Shown: positions 31,107 to 40,497, numbered from the stretch's first letter. The stretch: DNA of 42,829 bases from Pseudomonadota bacterium (GCA_043825875.1 JBDRRF010000069.1:1-42829), one strand, 5' to 3'. Program-made: numbers and translations. Notes: generated by a model from the sequence alone, not told the origin.

Positions 31107-32555
31107 TTATCCTATTTCTTGTAAATCTGTAGTTATCCGATTTTGCTCTTTCGCAATCTGTTTTAAAACACCTGAATTTTCAAGCTGTTGTTCTATAACA
31201 TCTAATTTTATTTCAAACATGGCCGGAACAAGTTGAGCATTGGCTTGTTCAACTCTTCCTGTAGTGCAAGATACCATTGTTGCTCCAAAATTAGAAAAAA
31301 ATTCTTTAACTTCCTTTGCTGCCATATTATAGACAGCTAAATATTTTTCTTTTTGTTTTACTTTTGTAAGATACCATGCGCTTCTTATCAATTGTGTGTA
31401 TGCAATGCTGACATTGGTCATGAACGCCGAATAAAAGAAAAACACTCCTTCCTGAAGGTCCGTTATATCACTTATCTTATCCGCCGTTAGATAATCCTTC
31501 CACTTTTTTTCTTTTTTGAGTTGATTATATACTTTAAAACTCATGGGCAAACAGACAAGATGGCCGACATAATGGCCCCAACAGTCAAAAGCAATATAAT
31601 TCAGATCACCAAGAATTTTATTGGCTTTTTTAAGCACTTCTTTTGAAAGCAGCCTCTCAGTGCCATAGATATCACCATGAGATTTAAGGATTAAGTTGAT
31701 ATGTTTGTCCTTTGAGATGTGTTCATATCTTTCAATATTGCTAAGGTTTGATTGTTCGCTTAACTTCAATAAATTCTCAATATTAAAATTTGAGATTTCG
31801 ATTGATGAATAAGCAAAGCGTCTTTCTCTTAACGAATACCAGATTGGCTGGTCCGCATTGAGGGCCAGACAAACCTGCATCGGAATGCCGGTTGCTTCCG
31901 ATAAGTCGTGAAGATTGTTCATATGAGCCCGGCGTTGGTTTGATTCCCATCTTTGCAATTCCCGGGTGCTGATATCAATCGTTTTTGCCAGAGTTTCCTG
32001 GTTTATTCCGTGCCTTTGGCGATAATCTTTGATAAGTGAACCAAGCGATTTATAAAATTTGAAACTACCATTTTCCAGGTTATTAAATCGTTCATTCAAT
32101 CCTGTGGTTTTTGAGTGCTTAACCTTTTGGGAATGAGCCGGACACAAAGCATAGGAGCGCCAGATACGACTTACAGTACTTTGTGTTAAACCGCATTCTG
32201 TTGCGATAAAACGTGTGCTGAGGCATGGGGCTTGTGCTTCGATTAGCTTATTTGTTTTGGCAATCACTTCTTTTATATCTTCATCGGTGATTTTTCGTGG
32301 AGCTCCTGTACGGGGTTTGTCTGTCAGACCATCCAAACGTAATTTAATAAACCTTGACCGCCATTTTCCGACAGTTGATTGAGAAATATGAAAAACTTTT
32401 GCTATATTAATATTTTCCTTACCTTCGGCACAGGCAAGTATCAGACGTGCTCTGAAAGCTAATTTTGGCATCGTCCTTTTACAGGCCCATTCCTCCAGAA
32501 CTTTTTTTTCCTCCGGGCTCAGATCGATGGTGGCAAGTGGGCGTCCCGCTGGCAT
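31107..32555 (-). CDS. Chimeric regulator: IS630-type HTH region + XRE HTH + GNAT-like domain
   Basis: aa 1-150 IS630 N-terminus (RARLILACAEG, TVGKWRSRF...LDGLTDKPRTGAPRKIT, STVSRIW); aa ~170-230 XRE HTH (LIKDYRQRHGINQETLAKTIDISTRELQRWE); no DDE domain seen. Confidence 0.75.
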   Translation of the reverse strand: MPAGRPLATIDLSPEEKKVLEEWACKRTMPKLAFRARLILACAEGKENINIAKVFHISQSTVGKWRSRFIKLRLDGLTDKPRTGAPRKITDEDIKEVIAKTNKLIEAQAPCLSTRFIATECGLTQSTVSRIWRSYALCPAHSQKVKHSKTTGLNERFNNLENGSFKFYKSLGSLIKDYRQRHGINQETLAKTIDISTRELQRWESNQRRAHMNNLHDLSEATGIPMQVCLALNADQPIWYSLRERRFAYSSIEISNFNIENLLKLSEQSNLSNIERYEHISKDKHINLILKSHGDIYGTERLLSKEVLKKANKILGDLNYIAFDCWGHYVGHLVCLPMSFKVYNQLKKEKKWKDYLTADKISDITDLQEGVFFFYSAFMTNVSIAYTQLIRSAWYLTKVKQKEKYLAVYNMAAKEVKEFFSNFGATMVSCTTGRVEQANAQLVPAMFEIKLDVIEQQLENSGVLKQIAKEQNRITTDLQEIG

Positions 32556-32772
32556 AAATATTTCCTTAAACCTAAAGTTATCAAACTACAAACGGTTTCA
32601 ATTTGAATTAAAAATAACAGGATATAAATAATTATGCAATAAATTTATGACTCAAACAGACATTTTTTGTCGTGTGAATAAAGGGTTAGATGTGCTAATA
32701 ATATATTTAATAAAATCGAAAGCATTAGTAATGTATAGTCCTAAAACCATATTATCATTTAAGGAGGAAAAA

Positions 32773-34008
32773 ATGGCTGTTAAATTAGGAAAAATGAAAG
32801 GTGCGGGGCCCTATTACGGAAAATCACTGGATGAGCTGAATGCCAGTATAGGTTGGAGTCCTGAAGAGGAAAGAGAGATTGAGCGTTATTGCGAAAAGAT
32901 TCATAAAAACATCTCGGAAGAAGAAATGACACCGATGGAACGCTTCAAGGCAACGATGGAAGGCAAGGTGAGAGATCGTCTGCTTGTTGAAACATTTTTT
33001 CATCCTTCCTATGCCATGCGTGCTTTAGACGGATTTGCCGATGCAGTCAAATCCATCGATGCTTACTATTATCCCAAACTGCTGGTTAAATCCCACTTAG
33101 CGACCACAGCCCGCTATAAGATGGAAAGAATGTTTATCGGACCTATTTCTTATGGCGAAGAATTGTTCGGTACCGATTCGATGTTTATTGAAAACGGCAA
33201 TCCTGTTCATGAAGGAGATTTGGCTATAAAGACAATAGAAGATCTTGAGGGACTTGAAGCGCCTGATCCGACCAAGCATGGTATGTTTGCCCAATATCTC
33301 TGGTTTTGCCAGGAAGTTAGAAGGATATTTGACAAATATGACTTAAGCAACAAAATGCCGATTGAAGGATCATTTTGTGAAGGACCGGACGGTTTTGCCT
33401 GCTGTCATATGATGGGTTACAATCAATATTTAAAGTATCTTCGCAAAAACCCCGAATTCTGCAAGAAAGCAGCAAATCTGGCCTCCGACTGGCTGATAAA
33501 ACTGGGTACGGCTGTCACCAATTTAGGAAAAGTAGATTACAGCTATATGTGTTCGGTTGTCGGAATGTATCCCATAAAGGGTACAGAGTGGATTGCCGGT
33601 GAGTACGCAAGAATCGGCAAGGCAGTAAAAGCTGCGGTAAAAAAGCCTATCGTACATGCCTGGGCTTTCAATGGGGCAATCGATTGGTTGGATGAATTAC
33701 TTAAAGCAGGAGCTTTGGGAGAAGACAGCTTTGATGGGGTTATGTGCACAGGAGATATTACCGATTACAATATTGCAAATGATTTTCTGCAAAAACATAA
33801 TATGTATGGATGCTATGCTCCTTCAGACAAGCTCCTGGTTAGCGGACCTATGTCCAAAATAGAAGAAGAGATAAAAGGAAGATGTGATGCCGCAAAAAAA
33901 TTACCCAACAACAGATGTACGATAGGTTTGGGTGCTATTGACTATTATACAACCCCTGAGCATCTGGATGCCAGTATAGCGGCAGCTATGAAATATGCTA
34001 AGATATAA
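32773..34008 (+). CDS. Uroporphyrinogen decarboxylase/MtaA-CmuA family protein (probable corrinoid-dependent methyltransferase)
   Basis: EMTPMERF, IKTIEDLEGLEAPDP, EGP, LRKNPEF, TTPEHLDA; start at ATG 32773 after AAGGAGG RBS. Confidence 0.75.
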   Translation: MAVKLGKMKGAGPYYGKSLDELNASIGWSPEEEREIERYCEKIHKNISEEEMTPMERFKATMEGKVRDRLLVETFFHPSYAMRALDGFADAVKSIDAYYYPKLLVKSHLATTARYKMERMFIGPISYGEELFGTDSMFIENGNPVHEGDLAIKTIEDLEGLEAPDPTKHGMFAQYLWFCQEVRRIFDKYDLSNKMPIEGSFCEGPDGFACCHMMGYNQYLKYLRKNPEFCKKAANLASDWLIKLGTAVTNLGKVDYSYMCSVVGMYPIKGTEWIAGEYARIGKAVKAAVKKPIVHAWAFNGAIDWLDELLKAGALGEDSFDGVMCTGDITDYNIANDFLQKHNMYGCYAPSDKLLVSGPMSKIEEEIKGRCDAAKKLPNNRCTIGLGAIDYYTTPEHLDASIAAAMKYAKI

Positions 34009-34117
34009 ACATTTTCCCAAGTTTGGTGCTTTTTTGCTTAAAACCGGTTATACTCTAATTCAGTTAATTAAAAAATAACATATTATATGCCCAACGCTAA
34101 ATTCCTGCCAAGCCATC

Positions 34118-34174
34118 CTCAATATATTGAATATTGCCATATTTATTCTCAATATATTGAGGATAAATATGGCA
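34118..34174. promoter_or_regulatory. Tandem palindromic sites (putative enhancer/UAS for a sigma54 activator)
   Basis: CTCAATATATTGA at 34118 and 34148 (30-bp period); second copy is the centre of a 40-bp palindrome 34135-34174 with one mismatched pair. Confidence 0.6.
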
Positions 34175-34213
34175 TGATATCATAACGTGCTGATATATTA
34201 CACATCATAACAA

Positions 34214-34229
34214 TGGCCTGATATATGCA
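34214..34229 (+). promoter_or_regulatory. Putative sigma54 (-24/-12) promoter
   Basis: TGGCCTGATATATGCA, GG-N10-GC spacing, upstream of the molybdoenzyme operon. Confidence 0.7.
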
Positions 34230-34321
34230 TTATTTTATATAATTTATTAAATACATGATCCAGGTCGATGGTTAATTTATAAACAATTAACTTTAATTAA
34301 GAAATAGAAAGGATATCTGTT

Positions 34322-34780
34322 ATGAAACAAGTAATTGAGTTAAAGGTAAATGGGGAATCTTTTGAGACGGCTGTAGATCCACATAGAACTTTGCTTGAAG
34401 CCTTGAGGGAAAACCTTGGCATGACCGGATCGAAAGAAGGTTGTGACCTTGGAGCATGTGGCGCATGTACTGTAATTATAAATGGGAAGGCTGTTCTTGC
34501 CTGTCTTACACTTGCGATGGAAGCCCATGGAAAAGAAATCACTACGATAGAAGGTCTGGCAAAGGAAGGGAATCTCACTTTGTTGCAGCAAAACTTTGTG
34601 GATTATGGCGCAATCCAGTGCGGTTACTGTACTCCCGGAATGGTCATGTCTGCAAAGGCATTGCTGGATGAAAATCCAAAACCAACAGAAGGCGATATCA
34701 AAAAAAGTATTTCAGGTAATTTATGCCGCTGCACCGGATACACCAAGATTATTGAGGCCATAGCGGTCACAGCAAAGTAA
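34322..34780 (+). CDS. hcrC: Xanthine dehydrogenase family [2Fe-2S] subunit (4-hydroxybenzoyl-CoA reductase gamma-like)
   Basis: GCDLGACGACT...C and QCGYCTPG...NLCRCTGY; symbol from operon context. Confidence 0.7.
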   Translation: MKQVIELKVNGESFETAVDPHRTLLEALRENLGMTGSKEGCDLGACGACTVIINGKAVLACLTLAMEAHGKEITTIEGLAKEGNLTLLQQNFVDYGAIQCGYCTPGMVMSAKALLDENPKPTEGDIKKSISGNLCRCTGYTKIIEAIAVTAK

Positions 34781-34795
34781 ATGAAGGAGGTAAAA

Positions 34796-37114
34796 ATGGA
34801 AAAATACTCAGTAATAGGTAAGCGCCTTCCCAGGCTTGATGCAGTGGCCAAGGTTACGGGAGATTCCAAATATGCCGGCGATTTTTTTCTTCCGGGTATG
34901 CTTTACGGAAAAATATTAAGAAGCACAGTACCACATGCCAAAATTCTCAACATAGATACATCAAAAGCTGAAAGGCTTTCCGGAGTGCGGGCAATTGCTA
35001 CCGGAAAAGATATTAGCAATATTCCTCATGGATTTATAAGGGCAGAACCTGCCCCTCCTTTTTTGAGAGACAAATTTTCACTTGCCAAAGAAAAAGTCCG
35101 TTTTATAGGAGATGAAATAGCAGCTGTTGCTGCTGTTGATGAGGATACGGCAACAGAAGCTCTTGATTTAATAAAAGTTGATTATGAAGAACTTCCTGCG
35201 TACTTTAGCCCCCAGGAATCAATGGCACCTGATGCAATCAGAATTCATGACCATGCAGAAAACAATGTTTCCGTTGTAATCTCCTTTCATATCGGTGATG
35301 TTGAAAAAGGATTTGCCGAGTCTGATTTTATTTTTGAAGATAATTACTCAACGCAGTATATTCTTGCCTCATATATTGAGCCGCATGCAGCTGTTGCCGA
35401 CTATTCCAGATCGGGAGACGTTACCTTGTGGCTTAGCACTCAGACTCCGTTTTATGACCGTACCAACATAGCAGAAACTCTTGATATCCCGGAAAGCCGC
35501 GTAAGAATTATCAAACCTGCACTGGGTGGCGGATTTGGAGCAAAAACAGAAACACATACTCTTTTTACTGCTTCGGCAGTACTTTCAAGAAAAGCTGGTA
35601 GGCCGGTAAAGATGACCTATACCAGAGAAGAAGAATTTACTTCCACAGCACATCGCCATGGTGTGACCGTAAATCATAAGATAGGAGTTAAGAAAGATGG
35701 TACAATCATGGCTGTGGATTCCAGGTTCTTCGCAGATGGAGGAGCATATAACAGCCATTCCGCAATCAGCATGTTCATTATGGGAACTCTTCAGAACGGG
35801 CCCTATAATATGGGTAATTTTAAGTTCGAGGCTATGAGGGTTTATACCAATAAACCTTTCTCCGGGGGCGTTCGCGGACATGGAGCAATTCAGCCCCGCT
35901 TTGTTGTTGAAACCATGATGGATTCAATAGCGGAAAAGCTTGATATGGACCCTATTGAAATCAGAAAAATAAACGCCGTTAAAGCCGGACAAACAACTTT
36001 AAGTAAATTTAAAATTAGAAGCTGCGGTCATGTTGAAGCTTTAGAAAAAGCTGCGGATGATATCGACTGGAAAAATAAATGGAAAAAGCTGCCGGATGGA
36101 AAAGGTGTTGGTTTGGCTTCCTATTTTTTTGCCTCAGGTGCAGGCTTTTCTTTTTTCTATAATAATCCTCCTGCCTTTTCATGCGTCAATATGGCTGCTG
36201 ACAGTGAAGGAAAATTTATTCTCTTTACCGGAACATCCGACATTGGCCAGGGTTCTGAGACCATACTTGCACAGATCGCAGCTGAAGAACTTGGCGTGGG
36301 CTTTGATAAAATAACCATAATAGCTGCGGATACTACTGTAACCCCGATGGATCTTGGAAGTTATTCAAGCAGAGTAACCGTATTTGGTGGAAACGCCGCC
36401 AAAACGGCAGCACATAAAATGAAGATGAAACTTTTTGAAGCAGCGGCGAATGAGCTTGAGGCAAATAAAGATGACCTTGAAGCAAAAAATGAAAGGATCT
36501 ATGTTAAAGGCTCGCCGGAGAAAGGCATGTCAATCGCTGATTCGGTAATAGCTTATTACAAGCAAAATAAAGAGCATCTGACCAGCAGCGGTGAATATAA
36601 TCCACCGGCTGATGTTGGTGGTGAAATGAGACTTGACTTAGGAGAAGTTAATATATCTCCGACATTCAGCTTCGGAACAAATGCTGCTGAAGTAACTGTT
36701 GATAAAGAAACAGGCGTTGTTAAAGTGCAAAAGATAGCAGCGGCTCATGACTGCGGTTTTGCAATAAATCCTATGCAAGTTGAGGGACAGATTGAAGGTT
36801 CCATCCAAATGACCTTTGGACAGGCATTGCTTGAAGATTACAGGATGGAAAAAGGATGGTCGATGACCAATTCATTCCTTGATTACAAGATGGCAACATC
36901 GGAAGACATGCCCTTTGTAAAATCAATAATTGTGGAAACCAATGATTCCGAAGGACCTTTCGGAGCGAAGGAAGCCGGTGAAGGGCCAAACGTTGCCACA
37001 ATCCCGTCAATAGCAAATGCAATTTATGATGCTATAGGAGTAAAGATTAAAGATCTTCCCATAACCCCGGAAAGAATTTTAAGGGCACTGGAAAAGAAAG
37101 GAGGGAAAGAATAA
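34796..37114 (+). CDS. hcrA: Molybdopterin-binding subunit (4-hydroxybenzoyl-CoA reductase alpha-like)
   Basis: GGGFGAK, VRGHG, DIGQGS, GSYSSRVT, GAKEAGEG; ATG 34796 after AAGGAGG; family certain, substrate not. Confidence 0.7.
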   Translation: MEKYSVIGKRLPRLDAVAKVTGDSKYAGDFFLPGMLYGKILRSTVPHAKILNIDTSKAERLSGVRAIATGKDISNIPHGFIRAEPAPPFLRDKFSLAKEKVRFIGDEIAAVAAVDEDTATEALDLIKVDYEELPAYFSPQESMAPDAIRIHDHAENNVSVVISFHIGDVEKGFAESDFIFEDNYSTQYILASYIEPHAAVADYSRSGDVTLWLSTQTPFYDRTNIAETLDIPESRVRIIKPALGGGFGAKTETHTLFTASAVLSRKAGRPVKMTYTREEEFTSTAHRHGVTVNHKIGVKKDGTIMAVDSRFFADGGAYNSHSAISMFIMGTLQNGPYNMGNFKFEAMRVYTNKPFSGGVRGHGAIQPRFVVETMMDSIAEKLDMDPIEIRKINAVKAGQTTLSKFKIRSCGHVEALEKAADDIDWKNKWKKLPDGKGVGLASYFFASGAGFSFFYNNPPAFSCVNMAADSEGKFILFTGTSDIGQGSETILAQIAAEELGVGFDKITIIAADTTVTPMDLGSYSSRVTVFGGNAAKTAAHKMKMKLFEAAANELEANKDDLEAKNERIYVKGSPEKGMSIADSVIAYYKQNKEHLTSSGEYNPPADVGGEMRLDLGEVNISPTFSFGTNAAEVTVDKETGVVKVQKIAAAHDCGFAINPMQVEGQIEGSIQMTFGQALLEDYRMEKGWSMTNSFLDYKMATSEDMPFVKSIIVETNDSEGPFGAKEAGEGPNVATIPSIANAIYDAIGVKIKDLPITPERILRALEKKGGKE

Positions 37115-38109
37115 TGAGGCTGCCAAAATTTGAATACCTTGAACCAAAGAACATAAAAGAGATTACCTCTTTTCTTAAAAAGAATAAAGAAGATGCGATT
37201 CTGATTGCCGGTGGAACGGACATCCTGCCGAAGATGAAACAAAGAATCGTTACCCCCAAATTTGTTATAAATGTAACAAAGATTGAGGATCTGAAAAAGA
37301 TAGAGTTTGGTGAGAAAAAAGGGCTTACATTAGGCTCACTTGCTACACTTGATACTGTTTCAAAATCAAAACCTGTAATAGAGAAGTTTACTGCTCTTGC
37401 CCAGGCAGCCGGAAGAGTGGCAAGCCCCCAGATAAGAAATATGGGAACAATCGGCGGCAATATCAGTATTGAGTCCATGTGCATGTATTATAACCAGTCT
37501 CATGAATGGCGTAAAGGCCGGCCTCATTTATGCTTCAAGCTTGGCGGAAACAGGTGCTTTGTTGCAAAAGGCTCCAAAGAATGCCTTGCACTTTTTCAGG
37601 CAGATACACCACCGGCCTTAATTGCACTTGACGCAAAAATTACAATAGTAGGAAGCACCGGCAAAGAGAAGATAATAGATATTGAGGAATTTTATACCCA
37701 AAAAAGTGTAAAAGTAAACATTCTTAAGCCGACAGACTTTGTAAAAGATATCCAAATACCTACACCGCCAAAAGGCACTGGAAGTTGTTATCTGAAAATG
37801 GCGCAAAGAGAAGCTATAGATTATCCCGTTTCAGGAGCGGCTGCATGCATCACTGTTTCAGGTGGAAAATGCAAGAATGCAAGAATAGTAGTAACTGCTG
37901 TAGGATCAGGGCCCTTAAGACTTAAAGAAGCTGAAAAAGTTCTTATAGGAAACAGTATTACTGATGATCTGATAGAAAAAGCTGCCGATGCAGCCTATGA
38001 GAAGATTCGTCCCATGCCTCACTTTAATATATCGCCATGGTATAAGCGCAAATTAACAAGAGTACTTGTGAAAAGATCAATTAAGCAGGCATGTAATAAC
38101 GCAAAATAG
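37114..38109 (+). CDS. hcrB: FAD-binding subunit with [4Fe-4S] insert (4-hydroxybenzoyl-CoA reductase beta-like)
   Basis: AGGTD, QIRNMGTIGGN, four-Cys insert CMYYNQS...CFKLGGNRCFVAKGSKEC. Confidence 0.72.
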   Translation: MRLPKFEYLEPKNIKEITSFLKKNKEDAILIAGGTDILPKMKQRIVTPKFVINVTKIEDLKKIEFGEKKGLTLGSLATLDTVSKSKPVIEKFTALAQAAGRVASPQIRNMGTIGGNISIESMCMYYNQSHEWRKGRPHLCFKLGGNRCFVAKGSKECLALFQADTPPALIALDAKITIVGSTGKEKIIDIEEFYTQKSVKVNILKPTDFVKDIQIPTPPKGTGSCYLKMAQREAIDYPVSGAAACITVSGGKCKNARIVVTAVGSGPLRLKEAEKVLIGNSITDDLIEKAADAAYEKIRPMPHFNISPWYKRKLTRVLVKRSIKQACNNAK

Positions 38110-38128
38110 AAATAGGCAGTAATGTTTT

Positions 38129-38153
38129 TGTCCGGGCGCAACGCGCCCGGACA
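38129..38153. terminator. GC-rich hairpin between convergent genes (probable terminator)
   Basis: TGTCCGGGCGC-AAC-GCGCCCGGACA perfect 11-bp stem; U-tract weak on both strands. Confidence 0.55.
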
Positions 38154-38229
38154 CTTCATGATTGGCATACGCAATCATAACCAAACAATAACAACTTGAA
38201 TCTGAATAATATTTAGGCAAATGATATAT

Positions 38230-39954
38230 CTATCTTCTGCCATGAAATACACCGGTTGCATGTGCCGGATCTGCATCAATTTTCCACACTCCACCTATTG
38301 ATTTTGCACCCGGCCCATAAACTGATCCATAAGCATTTTTTTTGTTAATCGTATTTACCACCACACCATCAATCATCCACTGCCCGGTTCCGGTTGGCAG
38401 TACAAAATGAGATGAGTTTTTAGGGTCAGTAAATTCTCCCTGCTCGTTTGTTATACTCACGGTGTGGGTCCCATCGGTAACCAAGAGGTCAAAATCACTG
38501 ATCTGATTAGAAGGCAATGAAAAGTTGATTGAAGCATTAAAAGATCCTGTCATATCACTGCCACCCGTATCTGACCAGTAAGTTCCCTCGGCTCCTCCTG
38601 AATATGTAAATACCTGGTTCAATGATGCAAGATAAGCCATATCAGTTCCTGAAGTATTACTGCCCATTATGAAATAACCCTTATTGTCAATGGCATAAGA
38701 GGCTACAGATACACCCGGCATAGGAGATGCCTGTTTCCAGTAGCCCCATTTCATGTATGAATCATAGCCAAGCTCAACATGTGTTATCGGGTATGGATAT
38801 CCGGATATTGTATCCGAATTAATATTAACAGATGTAATCTTAGGGGCATCAGGCACACTTCCGTCAATAATCAAATCTTTACCTATCAGAATATCAGTTG
38901 CCTTAGCGCTAACCGAATCGAGATTTTGCAAAGAAGTACTTAAGTAGAGATGTTGAAAATACTTTTCTGAATCAATTCTTGTCAACATTGAAGTAAAATA
39001 GCCATAGCTTTCTATTGATGTATTCTGTTCGTCTATGTTTTGCTGGGTAACTGATTGGGGTAGACCCTCTTCAATAACATCTCCACCCGTATTTTCAGTT
39101 GAAGTACTTGAATTAACAGCCTCAGCTAAAATATCAAAGTCAGACGTTGTATCATTGCCGGATTTTCGTGGCTCAGAAGTACCGCTATCACTTGCAGGTT
39201 CGGGAATATTTGTATCTATAGCAAACCGAGATGCTACACCCGGAGCTGTGATCTCAACCATTTCTGCACCCATATTATTTAATGAAAGGCTTTGGCCTGC
39301 ATTTACGTACTGACTGGTTCCATCAACAGGTGAACTGACTTCCAGTTTTCCCTCAAAGCAATAAACTAAGGTTTCAAGATTTTCTGGCCTATCTTCTTTA
39401 TCCGGGCCTTCTATTTCTACACCGAATTTGGTTCCTCTGACACCCGCAACCGCTGTTGGAGTTTTAACGGTAGCTAAAACATGTTTATGTCTAAAAAGGC
39501 GCGTAATATAAAACATCGCCTTTCCCTTCAGCATACTATAGATTGCCTTTTTTTTCTTTAAGCCAATATCTTCGCTTACTTCATCAATAACTACTTTAGA
39601 ATTTTCCCCCATTGTTATAATATCTTCGGTAAAAAATCTGATGCGACACCGTGAATTATTCAGTGTGAAAAAGATATCATTCTGGTGAATAATATCTCCT
39701 TTTGCCGCAAAGTAGGCTTTGTTATTATCTTTATGACGAACAACTACATGTCCGGTTAGGTTTGTAATTTTTCCTACAGTCAAAGATTTAGAACTTATGA
39801 AATAATCTTTTATTTCAACAGATTTCAATTCGCTTGGAAGAATATCTGCTTTTACCGAATTATAACGCAAAACAGGCGCATCACCTGCAAACAGAACTGT
39901 CAGACCTGTTAAAAACGAAATAATAAGTATAAAAACAAAGAAAAAGTATTTCAA
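38230..39954 (-). CDS. Secreted FecR-domain protein with C-terminal TbpB-like beta-barrel
   Basis: Signal peptide; FecR motif TPTAVAGVRGTKF; low-complexity linker; C-terminus YSGGAEG...GSVYGPGAKSIGGVW...ATGVFHGRR; TTG start with AGGGGG RBS. Confidence 0.75.
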   Translation of the reverse strand: MKYFFFVFILIISFLTGLTVLFAGDAPVLRYNSVKADILPSELKSVEIKDYFISSKSLTVGKITNLTGHVVVRHKDNNKAYFAAKGDIIHQNDIFFTLNNSRCRIRFFTEDIITMGENSKVVIDEVSEDIGLKKKKAIYSMLKGKAMFYITRLFRHKHVLATVKTPTAVAGVRGTKFGVEIEGPDKEDRPENLETLVYCFEGKLEVSSPVDGTSQYVNAGQSLSLNNMGAEMVEITAPGVASRFAIDTNIPEPASDSGTSEPRKSGNDTTSDFDILAEAVNSSTSTENTGGDVIEEGLPQSVTQQNIDEQNTSIESYGYFTSMLTRIDSEKYFQHLYLSTSLQNLDSVSAKATDILIGKDLIIDGSVPDAPKITSVNINSDTISGYPYPITHVELGYDSYMKWGYWKQASPMPGVSVASYAIDNKGYFIMGSNTSGTDMAYLASLNQVFTYSGGAEGTYWSDTGGSDMTGSFNASINFSLPSNQISDFDLLVTDGTHTVSITNEQGEFTDPKNSSHFVLPTGTGQWMIDGVVVNTINKKNAYGSVYGPGAKSIGGVWKIDADPAHATGVFHGRR

Positions 39955-40099
39955 ATAACCCCCTACAAACTATTTATTTTATCATAATATATACATGGTA
40001 TTCGGTTAACTTCAAATGATTCTTAAATAAATTCCTACTTACTTAACGATTTAGCATAAATCATTATTGAGATGATATGGACTTTAATTCTATATTCAT

Positions 40100-40126
40100 T
40101 TATCGGACAAAATTTAAGTTTCTTTA
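40100..40126 (-). promoter_or_regulatory. Putative sigma28 (FliA-type) promoter
   Basis: Minus strand TAAA-N15-TCCGATAA pointing toward the FecR-domain gene. Confidence 0.55.
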
Positions 40127-40424
40127 AATTTTTGGCCAAGCCGGTTAAAAATGCAATTATACCAGTAAGAGAATGTATCGCTATTTGAGAGGTCTATCAG
40201 TCCGAATTAGCAAGGATCTATATTAATTTAGAACTTTAAATTCAGCATAATTCTTGATGTAAAAAGAAAAGGGATTTTCCAAGCTATGATATTATATTGA
40301 GTATCATGTATCGTTTAATTTAACAAACCATTTATAAATAACATACGGCAAGAAACCGATTAAATCTTGAATTGAAGCGTGTATTTGCACCCACTACCCC
40401 AAGGGATATTCACCTAATAAAAAA

Positions 40425-40497
40425 TGATGCCGTTCAGCCAGGTACGTATTTTCAAAAGTGCCCGGCCTTGGCTATCACCTGAGCTGACTGGTTATCG
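40425..40497 (-). mobile_element. Degenerate attC-like site
   Basis: Stop codon of the 114-aa ORF lies in CGATAAC; GC(T)CAGGT pairs with ACCTGGC leaving one extra base; distal GTT is lost. Confidence 0.4.

Noticed and set aside
31107..32555. Active IS630 insertion sequence
   Set aside because: Only the HTH region is present; no DDE domain, frameshifted partner ORF or terminal inverted repeats were found
34796..37114. Aerobic CO dehydrogenase large subunit (CoxL)
   Set aside because: Active-site loop reads GVRGHG rather than AYxCSFR, and the FAD subunit has a four-Cys insert
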